64,000 bases of DNA, taken from the NCBI GenBank assembly GCA_963801165.1, contig CAWDDT010000010.1, forward strand, positions 224,001-288,000, written 5' to 3'. Under the pieces are notes generated by a model. It was given only the letters and a program-made list of their open reading frames with translations, searched no databases and was not told the DNA's origin. The stretch's first letter is position 1, and each line of letters opens with the position of its first letter. The stretch is from an uncultured bacterium. GTDB taxonomy: Bacteria; Actinomycetota; Acidimicrobiia; Spongiisociales; UBA5794. The position numbers were made by a program, and so were the translations under genes. Shown here one piece after another: positions 10,735 to 19,055 of the stretch.

Positions 10735-11484
10735 TTAGGGAACAAAGCGTTTGGCGAGCGGGCGCGCCTCATGCACCATTGCATCGTCGATACGGTCCTT
10801 GGTGATGATGTAGTGATCTGCCAGCACCCCCCGGAGTGTCGCCAGTACCGTGTCGTTGTCGATGCCGTGGCGTACGTCACTCAGTGCCCCGGCGGTCGCG
10901 GGACGCCATTCGAGCTCGAGCGCCCGGTACACCGGGATGAGCGCCCGCAACAGCAGATCGCGCCGGCTGACGGCGATCACTCCTCCGACATGGGCGGCGT
11001 GCTTGGCGAGACGCTGGCCGACCCCCATCAGCTTGATCCGGCCGTCGTGATGAACGCTGAAGTCGCCCGGGCAATACTCGCCGGGGACCTCGCCCACCGC
11101 GGCCGAGACTCCCAGTTTCTCGAACGCGGCGACCATGACGCTGCTGATGTGGCGGAAATTGTCGTAGACAGTGCTGCGCGGATCGGGGTCGGGGAGTGCG
11201 AGCGAGAAGGCGATGGTGCCCTCGGTGAAAACGGCAGCTCTGCCGCCGGCCAATCGCTCCACGGCGCCGAACCCGGCCTGGCGGGCCGCAGCAACGGCAG
11301 CCGGATACTGAGGAGTGACCGTGTCTCTCTTGCCGAAGGCCACCTCACGGCCGGGCACATACAGCCGCATCGTCGCCGGCATTTCCCCGGCAGCAACCCG
11401 ACTGAGGATCAGGGTGCTCAATGCGGTGTCGAGACCGGGTTCTTCCGACCAGGAGCCGCCGAGGAGGAGCAAGGGTGTCTTCAC
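10735..11484 (-). CDS. Lipoate-protein ligase/octanoyl(lipoyl) transferase family (LipL-like)
   Basis: RLAGGRAA, GEYCPGDF, KLMGVGQR. Confidence 0.85.
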   Translation of the reverse strand: MKTPLLLLGGSWSEEPGLDTALSTLILSRVAAGEMPATMRLYVPGREVAFGKRDTVTPQYPAAVAAARQAGFGAVERLAGGRAAVFTEGTIAFSLALPDPDPRSTVYDNFRHISSVMVAAFEKLGVSAAVGEVPGEYCPGDFSVHHDGRIKLMGVGQRLAKHAAHVGGVIAVSRRDLLLRALIPVYRALELEWRPATAGALSDVRHGIDNDTVLATLRGVLADHYIITKDRIDDAMVHEARPLAKRFVP

Positions 11485-11624
11485 GGGCGCAGGGTAGTGC
11501 CTGGGGCAGCTCGGGTCCTGCTTGGAAGCAATGCGCTGCCCAAACGTCGGTGCGATCGCCCAGATACATGGCTATCACGTAGGCACGGGTAATCTGAGAG
11601 GACATCCCAATCTCCGGAATCCCG

Positions 11625-12308
11625 TTGAAACGCATCATTGTCCTCATGCTCGTGTGCTTGTCCGTCGCCGCTTGCGGCGACGCGGGTCTGCTCGACGGTC
11701 TCGGTGATCGTTCGGTCAATTACGTGCACGGCGGGACGACCACAACGACGACCACCACCGAGGGACCGCTTCCCGAGGCGCCGCAAGGCTCGGTTCATGC
11801 CGTCGACATTGTCTGGTTCAACGACGGGATCGCAGGAGAATCGCCCACGATGGAGCAGGGCGTCGCCGTTTCAACCGTGTGGAGCCGCGGAGACGGTGTG
11901 ACTTCGGTGATCCAGGCGAGCAGGAAGGAGATCGCCGCGGCGTTGCCGGGCGTCCAATTCCCCGAGCTCGTTCCTGACACCGTCGGTTGGGTGACCAGCC
12001 AGCTCGTGTTCGACGTCGCCTCCGGTCTGCTCAGCGCGGACACATCGGCACAATTCGGGCTGTGGCACCAGGAGCCGTACAAAACCGAGGGGGGCCGGAC
12101 CGCAGTGATTTCGGTGCGTCCTGCGACGAGTGCCGACATCGTCGGGTCGATTCAAGCGGAAGAAACGACCACTGGTCTCGATCTGTCATGGGCCGCTGAG
12201 GCCTATCACTACGTCATCGAGTGCCCTTTGGAGCTTCCCGAGGACAACTGCTGGCAAATGGCTGAGTCCGTGATGCCACTCAGCCAGATGCTGCCGGACG
12301 AGGGCTGA
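11625..12308 (+). CDS. Hypothetical lipoprotein
   Basis: Signal peptide with lipobox VAAC, poly-Thr linker. Confidence 0.75.
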   Translation: MKRIIVLMLVCLSVAACGDAGLLDGLGDRSVNYVHGGTTTTTTTTEGPLPEAPQGSVHAVDIVWFNDGIAGESPTMEQGVAVSTVWSRGDGVTSVIQASRKEIAAALPGVQFPELVPDTVGWVTSQLVFDVASGLLSADTSAQFGLWHQEPYKTEGGRTAVISVRPATSADIVGSIQAEETTTGLDLSWAAEAYHYVIECPLELPEDNCWQMAESVMPLSQMLPDEG

Positions 12309-12376
12309 GGCGACCGCCCCGTCCTCGATCGCAGGGACCCGGCTCTAAGGTTGCGTGATCTGAGAAGGGAACGCTC

Positions 12377-14284
12377 ATTCTGCATGGCACGGGATGGTGG
12401 TCGTATGTTCGCTACGACGAGGACCAGGATCGCCCTGAGATAAGCCGGTCTTTGCTGCGCCGGGTGCTGGGCTACGGACGCGCGTACAAGAAGGAGATGG
12501 TCATCGCGCTGGTGACGATCCTGATCATCTCGATCACATCGTTGGCGCCACCGCTTCTGATCAGAGACCTTCTCAACAACGCCATCCCCAATTCAGACCT
12601 GGGGAGGGTGACCGTGCTCGGGATCGGGATGATCCTCGTTCCGTTGATCAACGGCGGTTTCGGGGTTTTGCAGCGGTGGGCATCGGCATCGATCGGGGAA
12701 GGGATCATCTTCGATCTGCGCTGTCAGTTGTTTTCCCATCTGCAGCGCATGTCGCTCGGGTTCTTTACGGCGACCCGCACCGGCGAGTTGATGAGCCGTC
12801 TCAATAATGACGTCGTTGGTGCCCAGCAGGCCGTTACCGGCACGTTCATGTCCCTCGCCTCGAACATCGTGTCGGTGATCTTCACCCTCGTCATCATGTT
12901 TCTGCTCGAGTGGCGGCTGACCGCGATGTCGCTCGTGATCCTCCCCGTGTTTATCGCGGTCTCGCGACGCGTCGGCCGTTCTTTGCGGACGGTCCGGCGC
13001 GAGCAGCTCGAGGAGAACGCCGAGATGAACGCCCAGATGCAGGAGACGCTCGGCGTCTCGGGGGCACTGCTCGTCAAGTTGTTCGGTCGCACCCAATACG
13101 AGGACGAACGTTTCCGTATTCGGGCCCGCCGCGTAGCGGACCTGGGGATCAGACAGGCGACCATCGGCCGGTGGTTCTTCATGGCTCTCGGCGTGATGAG
13201 CGCCCTCGGCACCGCGCTCGTGTTCTGGGTGGGAGCCGTGATGGTTATCAACGGCCGGATCAACACGGGGGACATAGTGGCTCTCTCGCTGTATCTCAAC
13301 AACCTCTACGGTCCCCTTTCCGGGCTCACCAACGCCCGGGTCGAGTTCGCCACGTCACTCGTCTCTTTCGAGCGGGTCTTTGAGGTGCTCGACCTGGACC
13401 TTGACATCATCGAGTCACCCGCCGCCGTCGATCTCGAGTCCGCCCGGGGCGAGATCGAGTTCGACGACGTGTGGTTCTCGTACGGCGGTCACCTCGGGTT
13501 GCAGGCGGTGAAGCGCTATGGCTGGCGGAATGTCACCGATGGTGACGAGGGCCCCCGTCAGGAAGGCCCGGTGAGCTGGGCGCTGCGGGGTGTGTCCTTT
13601 GCGGTGAACCCGGGTGAGCTAGTGGCGCTGGTAGGGCCGAGCGGCGCAGGCAAGACCACCTCCACGTACCTCGTGCCGCGGATCTACGACGCCGACCGGG
13701 GAGCGGTCCGGATCGACGGCTCGGATGTTCGCACGACGACGCTGGAGTCGCTGGCACGAGCCATTGGGGTGGTCACCCAGGAGACCTATCTGTTCCACGA
13801 CACGATCGCTGCCAACCTCCGGTACGCCAAGCCGGACGCGACCGAGGACGAGCTGCTCGAGGCTGCTGAAACGGCGAACATCCGGGAGTTGATCGAAGGT
13901 CTCCCCAGGGGGTTCGACACTGTGGTCGGGGAGAGGGGCTACCGGCTCTCCGGCGGGGAGAAACAACGGATGGCGATCGCCCGGGTGATCTTGAAGGACC
14001 CCCGTATCCTCATCCTGGACGAAGCCACTTCGCACCTCGACGCCCACGCCGAGGCGCTGATACAGGAGGCGCTCGAGAGAGTGATGGAGGGCCGGACCTC
14101 GCTCGTGATCGCTCATCGCCTCTCGACGATTCTGGCCGCCGACCGGATTCTGGTCCTCGATGGGGGGCGCCTCGTCGAAGAGGGCAGTCACGCCGAGCTG
14201 CTTGCCCGCGACGGTCTCTACGCGTCGCTGTACCGCACCCAGTTTGCCGCAGAAGACGTCGCTGCCGACGGGTTGGGGTCATGA
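12377..14284 (+). CDS. ABC exporter, fused permease/ATP-binding subunit (start probably non-canonical at 12377/12380; first canonical start TTG 12452)
   Basis: Six TM helices, GPSGAGKT, LSGGEKQR, ILDEATS, AHRLS. Confidence 0.9.
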   Translation: MLHGTGWWSYVRYDEDQDRPEISRSLLRRVLGYGRAYKKEMVIALVTILIISITSLAPPLLIRDLLNNAIPNSDLGRVTVLGIGMILVPLINGGFGVLQRWASASIGEGIIFDLRCQLFSHLQRMSLGFFTATRTGELMSRLNNDVVGAQQAVTGTFMSLASNIVSVIFTLVIMFLLEWRLTAMSLVILPVFIAVSRRVGRSLRTVRREQLEENAEMNAQMQETLGVSGALLVKLFGRTQYEDERFRIRARRVADLGIRQATIGRWFFMALGVMSALGTALVFWVGAVMVINGRINTGDIVALSLYLNNLYGPLSGLTNARVEFATSLVSFERVFEVLDLDLDIIESPAAVDLESARGEIEFDDVWFSYGGHLGLQAVKRYGWRNVTDGDEGPRQEGPVSWALRGVSFAVNPGELVALVGPSGAGKTTSTYLVPRIYDADRGAVRIDGSDVRTTTLESLARAIGVVTQETYLFHDTIAANLRYAKPDATEDELLEAAETANIRELIEGLPRGFDTVVGERGYRLSGGEKQRMAIARVILKDPRILILDEATSHLDAHAEALIQEALERVMEGRTSLVIAHRLSTILAADRILVLDGGRLVEEGSHAELLARDGLYASLYRTQFAAEDVAADGLGS

Positions 14285-14727
14285 CGAAGCTGCCGCTTGT
14301 GGCCTTGCTGCTGCTCGTTTCCTGCGCCGCGGAAGCCGATACGCCGGAAACCACAGAGCTCGTCACCGCAGCGAGCACAACGGCTACCACCGCAGCGGGG
14401 ACCTCGGAATCAGCCACGCCGGGATGTGCGGACGTGGTCGACGTCACCATGACCGAGCAGGACGGCACATTTACCGTTGCCGCTACAGTCCGATCGAGCG
14501 ACACCGGCTGGGACAAGTATGCAGACGCCTGGCAGATCCGGGGACCGGGTGGCGAGGTCATTGCCGAGAGGGTGCTCACTCACCCGCATGTGGACGAGCA
14601 GCCGTTCACGAGGAGCCTGAGTGGTGTTGTCATCCCGGCGGGTGTCGCTGTTGTGACGGTCGCCGCCCGGGACTCCGTTTCCGGATTCTGCGGCGAAGTG
14701 CACGATGCGGAGGTACCGGGACGGTGA
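14281..14727 (+). CDS. Conserved hypothetical lipoprotein
   Basis: Lipobox LVSC; DTGWDKYADAW and R.L.HPHVDEQPFTRSL motifs; ATGA overlap with upstream gene. Confidence 0.8.
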   Translation: MTKLPLVALLLLVSCAAEADTPETTELVTAASTTATTAAGTSESATPGCADVVDVTMTEQDGTFTVAATVRSSDTGWDKYADAWQIRGPGGEVIAERVLTHPHVDEQPFTRSLSGVVIPAGVAVVTVAARDSVSGFCGEVHDAEVPGR

Positions 14728-15293
14728 CGTATCAGGTCTGGGTCGACGACTCGTGGTTGGACATACCGGCACTGACGATGAGCGGCGAGGCGATCGTCGT
14801 GCCGAATGTGAATGCGATCGTCCGGTCGTCCGACGGAAACGCGATCCTGCTCCAGCGTCGTGACAAGGTGGGGGAACCCGTCCGGGGCAAGCTGGAGATT
14901 CCCGGTGGAAGGTGGCGGGCGGGAGAACCTCCGGAGACGGCAATGCGGCGTGAGGTACAGGAGGAGGCCGGGGTCCGTATCATCGAGTCCATCTCGGTCA
15001 CCGGGCGAGTGGAGGTCGCGACGAATCGTGCCTGTGGATTCGTGCACCCGGTCGCCGTTGTCAACGGGATTGAAGGATCGTATCCCTCTCTTCATGTGCT
15101 CTTCGAATGCGTCGGTGAGGGTGAGCCGGTGGCCCAACCGGGCGAGACCGCCGAGCCGCGCTGGTGGCCGATCGGGGAAGTGCGGGCACTCCTCGAAGAA
15201 GCACCCGATGAGTTCGTGGATCAGACCCGCGTCATGCTGGCGGTCTACTTCAAGACGACGGATGACGGTCCACACGCTCCCAGCGGAAGCTAG
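14724..15293 (+). CDS. NUDIX hydrolase
   Basis: Nudix box PGGRWRAGEPPETAMRREVQEEAG; GTGA overlap start. Confidence 0.85.
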   Translation: MTYQVWVDDSWLDIPALTMSGEAIVVPNVNAIVRSSDGNAILLQRRDKVGEPVRGKLEIPGGRWRAGEPPETAMRREVQEEAGVRIIESISVTGRVEVATNRACGFVHPVAVVNGIEGSYPSLHVLFECVGEGEPVAQPGETAEPRWWPIGEVRALLEEAPDEFVDQTRVMLAVYFKTTDDGPHAPSGS

Positions 15294-15796
15294 AGATCGT
15301 CCTGTTGGTCCTCGGTGGTCGGATCGTGGGAACCGGGGGGCAGCACGAGCACCGGTCTTCCCGACTCGATCATGACCCTTGCGGAAACACTCTCCCACGC
15401 CGACTGATCGAATATCTGTCGTGTGGCGCCGAGCAAGACCACATCGGCGTCGACTTCCTCGGCGAGTTGCGAGATGGCGCGGGCCGGGTCGGCGCCCTCC
15501 CGGAACAAGGTGCGCGACTCGAGTCCGGCGGCTCGTAGCGCCGCGCAGATCGGCTCGGTGAGACGCCGACCGCGCTCTTCGACGTACCGGTGCATGATTG
15601 CCTCGTCGCCGTCACTCTCGGGGACCTCGTCGGTCAGCGGATGCCACCCCTCAGATCGCAGCGTATCGAGGAAACCATGGGGGACTTCGATGACGGTGGT
15701 GACCGTCACTTCTCCGCTCGTGCCGATGAGGTGGCGGGTGAATTCAACAGCAGGCGCCGGGCTGAGCACGCCGGTCGTGGCGATGAGCACATGCAT
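15290..15796 (-). CDS. Universal stress protein (UspA domain)
   Basis: MHVLIATTG, GADPARAI, ADVVLLG, SVSARV..PVLVLP. Confidence 0.82.
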   Translation of the reverse strand: MHVLIATTGVLSPAPAVEFTRHLIGTSGEVTVTTVIEVPHGFLDTLRSEGWHPLTDEVPESDGDEAIMHRYVEERGRRLTEPICAALRAAGLESRTLFREGADPARAISQLAEEVDADVVLLGATRQIFDQSAWESVSARVMIESGRPVLVLPPGSHDPTTEDQQDDL

Positions 15797-15902
15797 CGGG
15801 GAATCATAGGGCTCTGGTGCGCTCGGCATCCAAGCGGCGGCCGACTACACGTCATCCGCTCGAAGTCCCGTCGTTACCCTGTCCAGCGTGGAAGGAGCTG
15901 AT

Positions 15903-16427
15903 ATGGAAGCGACGCCAGACGTAGAGACCATCAACAAGGTGATGTGGCACATCCCGAACCCGCTCTGTCTGCTTGGTTCCCGCGCCGGAGACGAGTGGAA
16001 TGGGATGACCCAGAGCTGGGTATCGCAGGTGGCCATGGATCCGGTATTGGTTGCCGTATCGGTCGACGCCGCGGCGGTGACGAACCGGTTGATCCGGCAG
16101 GGTGGGTCGTTCTCGGTGAATCTCTGGGACAAGGACGACACGAGGGTCTTCGTCAAGTTCTCGAAGCCTGCCAGCAAGGATGGCGACACACTGAACGGTC
16201 GGCCTATCCGTGAGGGGAAGACCGGGGTCCCGATCTTCACCGAGGCGGTCGCTTACATCGAATGTCGCGTGGTCGAGACGATTGAGCTGGGCAGCCATGA
16301 TCTGTTCGTTGGCGAGGTGGTCGATGCCGGCTTCAACGGCGAAGGCGAGACGTCGCCCGCCGCCGCGATGGATGACACCCGGATGAAGTACGGTGGCGTC
16401 CTTCGAGCCGGTCACAAGAAGGGCTGA
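15903..16427 (+). CDS. Flavin reductase family protein
   Basis: NGMTQSWVSQVA, FSVN, GSHDLFVGEV. Confidence 0.88.
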   Translation: MEATPDVETINKVMWHIPNPLCLLGSRAGDEWNGMTQSWVSQVAMDPVLVAVSVDAAAVTNRLIRQGGSFSVNLWDKDDTRVFVKFSKPASKDGDTLNGRPIREGKTGVPIFTEAVAYIECRVVETIELGSHDLFVGEVVDAGFNGEGETSPAAAMDDTRMKYGGVLRAGHKKG

Positions 16428-16457
16428 CGACGGCCAAGTTCGCTGAGGAGGCGGTAG

Positions 16458-17228
16458 ATGGACGTTCGCATCGACGGCAAGGTGGCGTTGATAACCGGGG
16501 CAAGCCGTGGCATTGGCGAGGCCACCGCGGCTGAGATGCTGGCGTCGGGTGCCGCCGGGGTGACGATCACGAGCCGGAAAGAGGACAACATCGCGGCAGC
16601 CGCCGCCCGTCTCGGTGGCGAGCGTGTCCTGGCTCTAGCGGCGCGTGCCGACAAGGAAGAAGACGCGATACGGGCCGTAGCGGCAACGATCGAGCGATTC
16701 GGTCGTCTCGACATCCTGGTCAACAACGCCGGGACCAATCCCGCCGCCGGGAACCTGGATACTGTCGATCTAGGTGCGGTCGCCAAGACGTGGGAGGTCA
16801 ACCAGCTAGGGCCGCTGCTGTGGGCGCGCGCCGCATGGCACGGGGCAATGCAAGAGGGCGGTGGTGCCATCGTGAACGTGGCGTCGGTGGGCGGTTTGCG
16901 GGTGGGTCCCCTGCTCGGTGCCTACAACATCTCAAAAGCAGCGGTTGTACACATGACCCATCAGCTGGCACTCGAGATGGCCCCCGGGGTGAGGGTAAAC
17001 GCGGTAGCGCCCTCGGTGGTGCGGACCCGGTTGGCTGCGGCGCTCTGGGAGGGCGTCGAAGAGCACACCGCCCGCGCGCACCCGCTCGGGAGGATCGGTG
17101 AGCCGGCCGACGTCGCCAACGCCATCACCTTTCTCGCCTCCGACAACGCCTCCTGGATCACGGGTGTTGTCCTCCCCGTCGACGGTGGGGTGACCGGCGC
17201 CGCCGCCGCTCCCGGCCTGGGGGGCTGA
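16458..17228 (+). CDS. Short-chain dehydrogenase/reductase
   Basis: TGASRGIG, NNAG, YNISK. Confidence 0.93.
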   Translation: MDVRIDGKVALITGASRGIGEATAAEMLASGAAGVTITSRKEDNIAAAAARLGGERVLALAARADKEEDAIRAVAATIERFGRLDILVNNAGTNPAAGNLDTVDLGAVAKTWEVNQLGPLLWARAAWHGAMQEGGGAIVNVASVGGLRVGPLLGAYNISKAAVVHMTHQLALEMAPGVRVNAVAPSVVRTRLAAALWEGVEEHTARAHPLGRIGEPADVANAITFLASDNASWITGVVLPVDGGVTGAAAAPGLGG

Positions 17229-17280
17229 TCCGCGGTTGCTGCGACAGGAGAGCCGCCGTGGGGCGCCGATGTCAGCAAGT

Positions 17281-18513
17281 TCAGTCGAATTCGCCTGAAG
17301 CGTGCCGTTTCGCCAACTCTTCGAGCGTGTAGCCGGGGTAGCCGTCTTTCGCCCATGCCACGTACGCCTCGGCGCTGGGAACGTCTCGACCGAGCCCAGA
17401 GGACAGCAGGAAGCGGTGGTGGAGGAAGTCGGTGTATGCCTGAACCGGTTCGAGGTCCGTTACTTCATGGCGGATACGCTGCATAAGTGGCTCGAACACC
17501 TGCACCCGCCACATCATTGCCGACACGTCCTTGGTGGGGGCGCTTCGAAACGGCTCGCGGGCGCGGTGATAGTGCAGGTCGGAAAGGATCTGACGCGCCT
17601 GGTTCTCGGAAGCGTCGATCCGGGTCAGCTGGCGTAGCCGGCTGGAGTGATAGTTGCGTCCGCCGACCTGGATCCGCATCCGAACCCTGTTCCCACCCGA
17701 ATCGTCCGGTATCAGTGTGACATCACCTACCTCGAACCCCAGGTCGTTGAGCCGCTGGATGCGGGCGCGAATCAGGTGACGCTCTGTGGGACCGACGACC
17801 TGGTCATCTTTGAGCTCGTTCCAGAGCGCTTCGTACCGGACGATGACATCGGTGCCAAAGCCCAGGTCTGCGTCGTCGAGGTCGCGTCCCAACGACATGG
17901 CGATGTCGGCCATGCCGCCTGCGACGTTGGTTTCCATGATGTCGAGGTCGTGATAGCGCTGGCCGTCGGACAGATGTTCATGCAACTCGACGGTCTCGGC
18001 ATCGATCATCAGTGCTTCGATGGCGTCGGCGTCGTACCGATACAGCACATTCGACAGCGAGCAGTCACCCCAGTAGCACCCGGCGAGATGCAGCTCGACG
18101 AGCAACCCGGCGAACGCATCGAGCAGCTGTCCTCGCCGTGCGTCGAAGCCACCGTTATGGATGAGCTCACGATACGTGAACGTAAACGGGATGAATTGGG
18201 TGATGACGGCGGATGACCACTCCTCACCCTTGTCCACCCAACCTCGTTCGACTACCCCGACCGGGACCGCGATCGGGCGAAGACGCTCGCGCAATGTTCG
18301 CAGCGAGTCGTGCTCGTGATGCGCAAGGTGCCGGGGCAACTCCTTGATCGCATAGAGCCCCTCCTCATAGGAGACGAACACGATCGGGTGGCGGTGGACA
18401 CCGGTGGGCAGATCGACGACGCGGCCGCCGGTCCATTCGGCCACCGTCTTTCCCCAGGGCAGGTCCAGAAAATCGGGATGGCCGGGGCGGATGGAGAGGG
18501 TCGGTATCGACAT
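17281..18513 (-). CDS. DUF4032-domain protein with N-terminal LPS-kinase-like domain
   Basis: HPDFLDLPW, AIKE, YWGDCSLSN, IDAET, ENQARQIL.D. Confidence 0.8.
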   Translation of the reverse strand: MSIPTLSIRPGHPDFLDLPWGKTVAEWTGGRVVDLPTGVHRHPIVFVSYEEGLYAIKELPRHLAHHEHDSLRTLRERLRPIAVPVGVVERGWVDKGEEWSSAVITQFIPFTFTYRELIHNGGFDARRGQLLDAFAGLLVELHLAGCYWGDCSLSNVLYRYDADAIEALMIDAETVELHEHLSDGQRYHDLDIMETNVAGGMADIAMSLGRDLDDADLGFGTDVIVRYEALWNELKDDQVVGPTERHLIRARIQRLNDLGFEVGDVTLIPDDSGGNRVRMRIQVGGRNYHSSRLRQLTRIDASENQARQILSDLHYHRAREPFRSAPTKDVSAMMWRVQVFEPLMQRIRHEVTDLEPVQAYTDFLHHRFLLSSGLGRDVPSAEAYVAWAKDGYPGYTLEELAKRHASGEFD

Positions 18514-18617
18514 GGCTCACCCTGCCTGAGGAGACGGGATGTTGAGATCGGGACACATTTCGGCGGAAACCGTACCACGGCAGGACGGTGCCGGTTCGAC
18601 ACTGATAGTGTTGCGCC

Positions 18618-19052
18618 ATGTCGCATAAGCTCCAGGTCACCTTCGATGCCGCCGATCCTGCGGCACTTGCAGATTTCTGGGTGGCTGCCCTCGGCTATGT
18701 GCTGCAACCACCGCCCGAGGGTTTCGCATCCTGGCCCGATTGGCTGCGCGAGATGGGGATCCCCGAGGAGAGCTGGAACGATGCCGCTGCCGTGGTAGAT
18801 CCCGACGGGGAGGGACCGCGTCTCTTCTTCCAACGGGTGCCGGAGGGGAAGACGGCCAAGAACCGCGTCCACATCGATGTGGGTGTCTCGGGTGGTCCTT
18901 CAGTTGGCTATGACGAGCGCGTCGCCGTGGTGGACGGGCACGTCGCGACCCTGGTTGGTCTTGGGGCATCGCAGCTCGAGATGTTCTCCGAGCGCGGGGA
19001 GTACTGGGTGGTCATGCAGGACCCGGAGGGCAACGAGTTCTGCGTCCAGTGA
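18618..19052 (+). CDS. VOC/glyoxalase-like protein
   Basis: FWVAALGY, KNRVHID, QDPEGNEFC. Confidence 0.9.
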   Translation: MSHKLQVTFDAADPAALADFWVAALGYVLQPPPEGFASWPDWLREMGIPEESWNDAAAVVDPDGEGPRLFFQRVPEGKTAKNRVHIDVGVSGGPSVGYDERVAVVDGHVATLVGLGASQLEMFSERGEYWVVMQDPEGNEFCVQ

Positions 19053-19055
19053 CGG

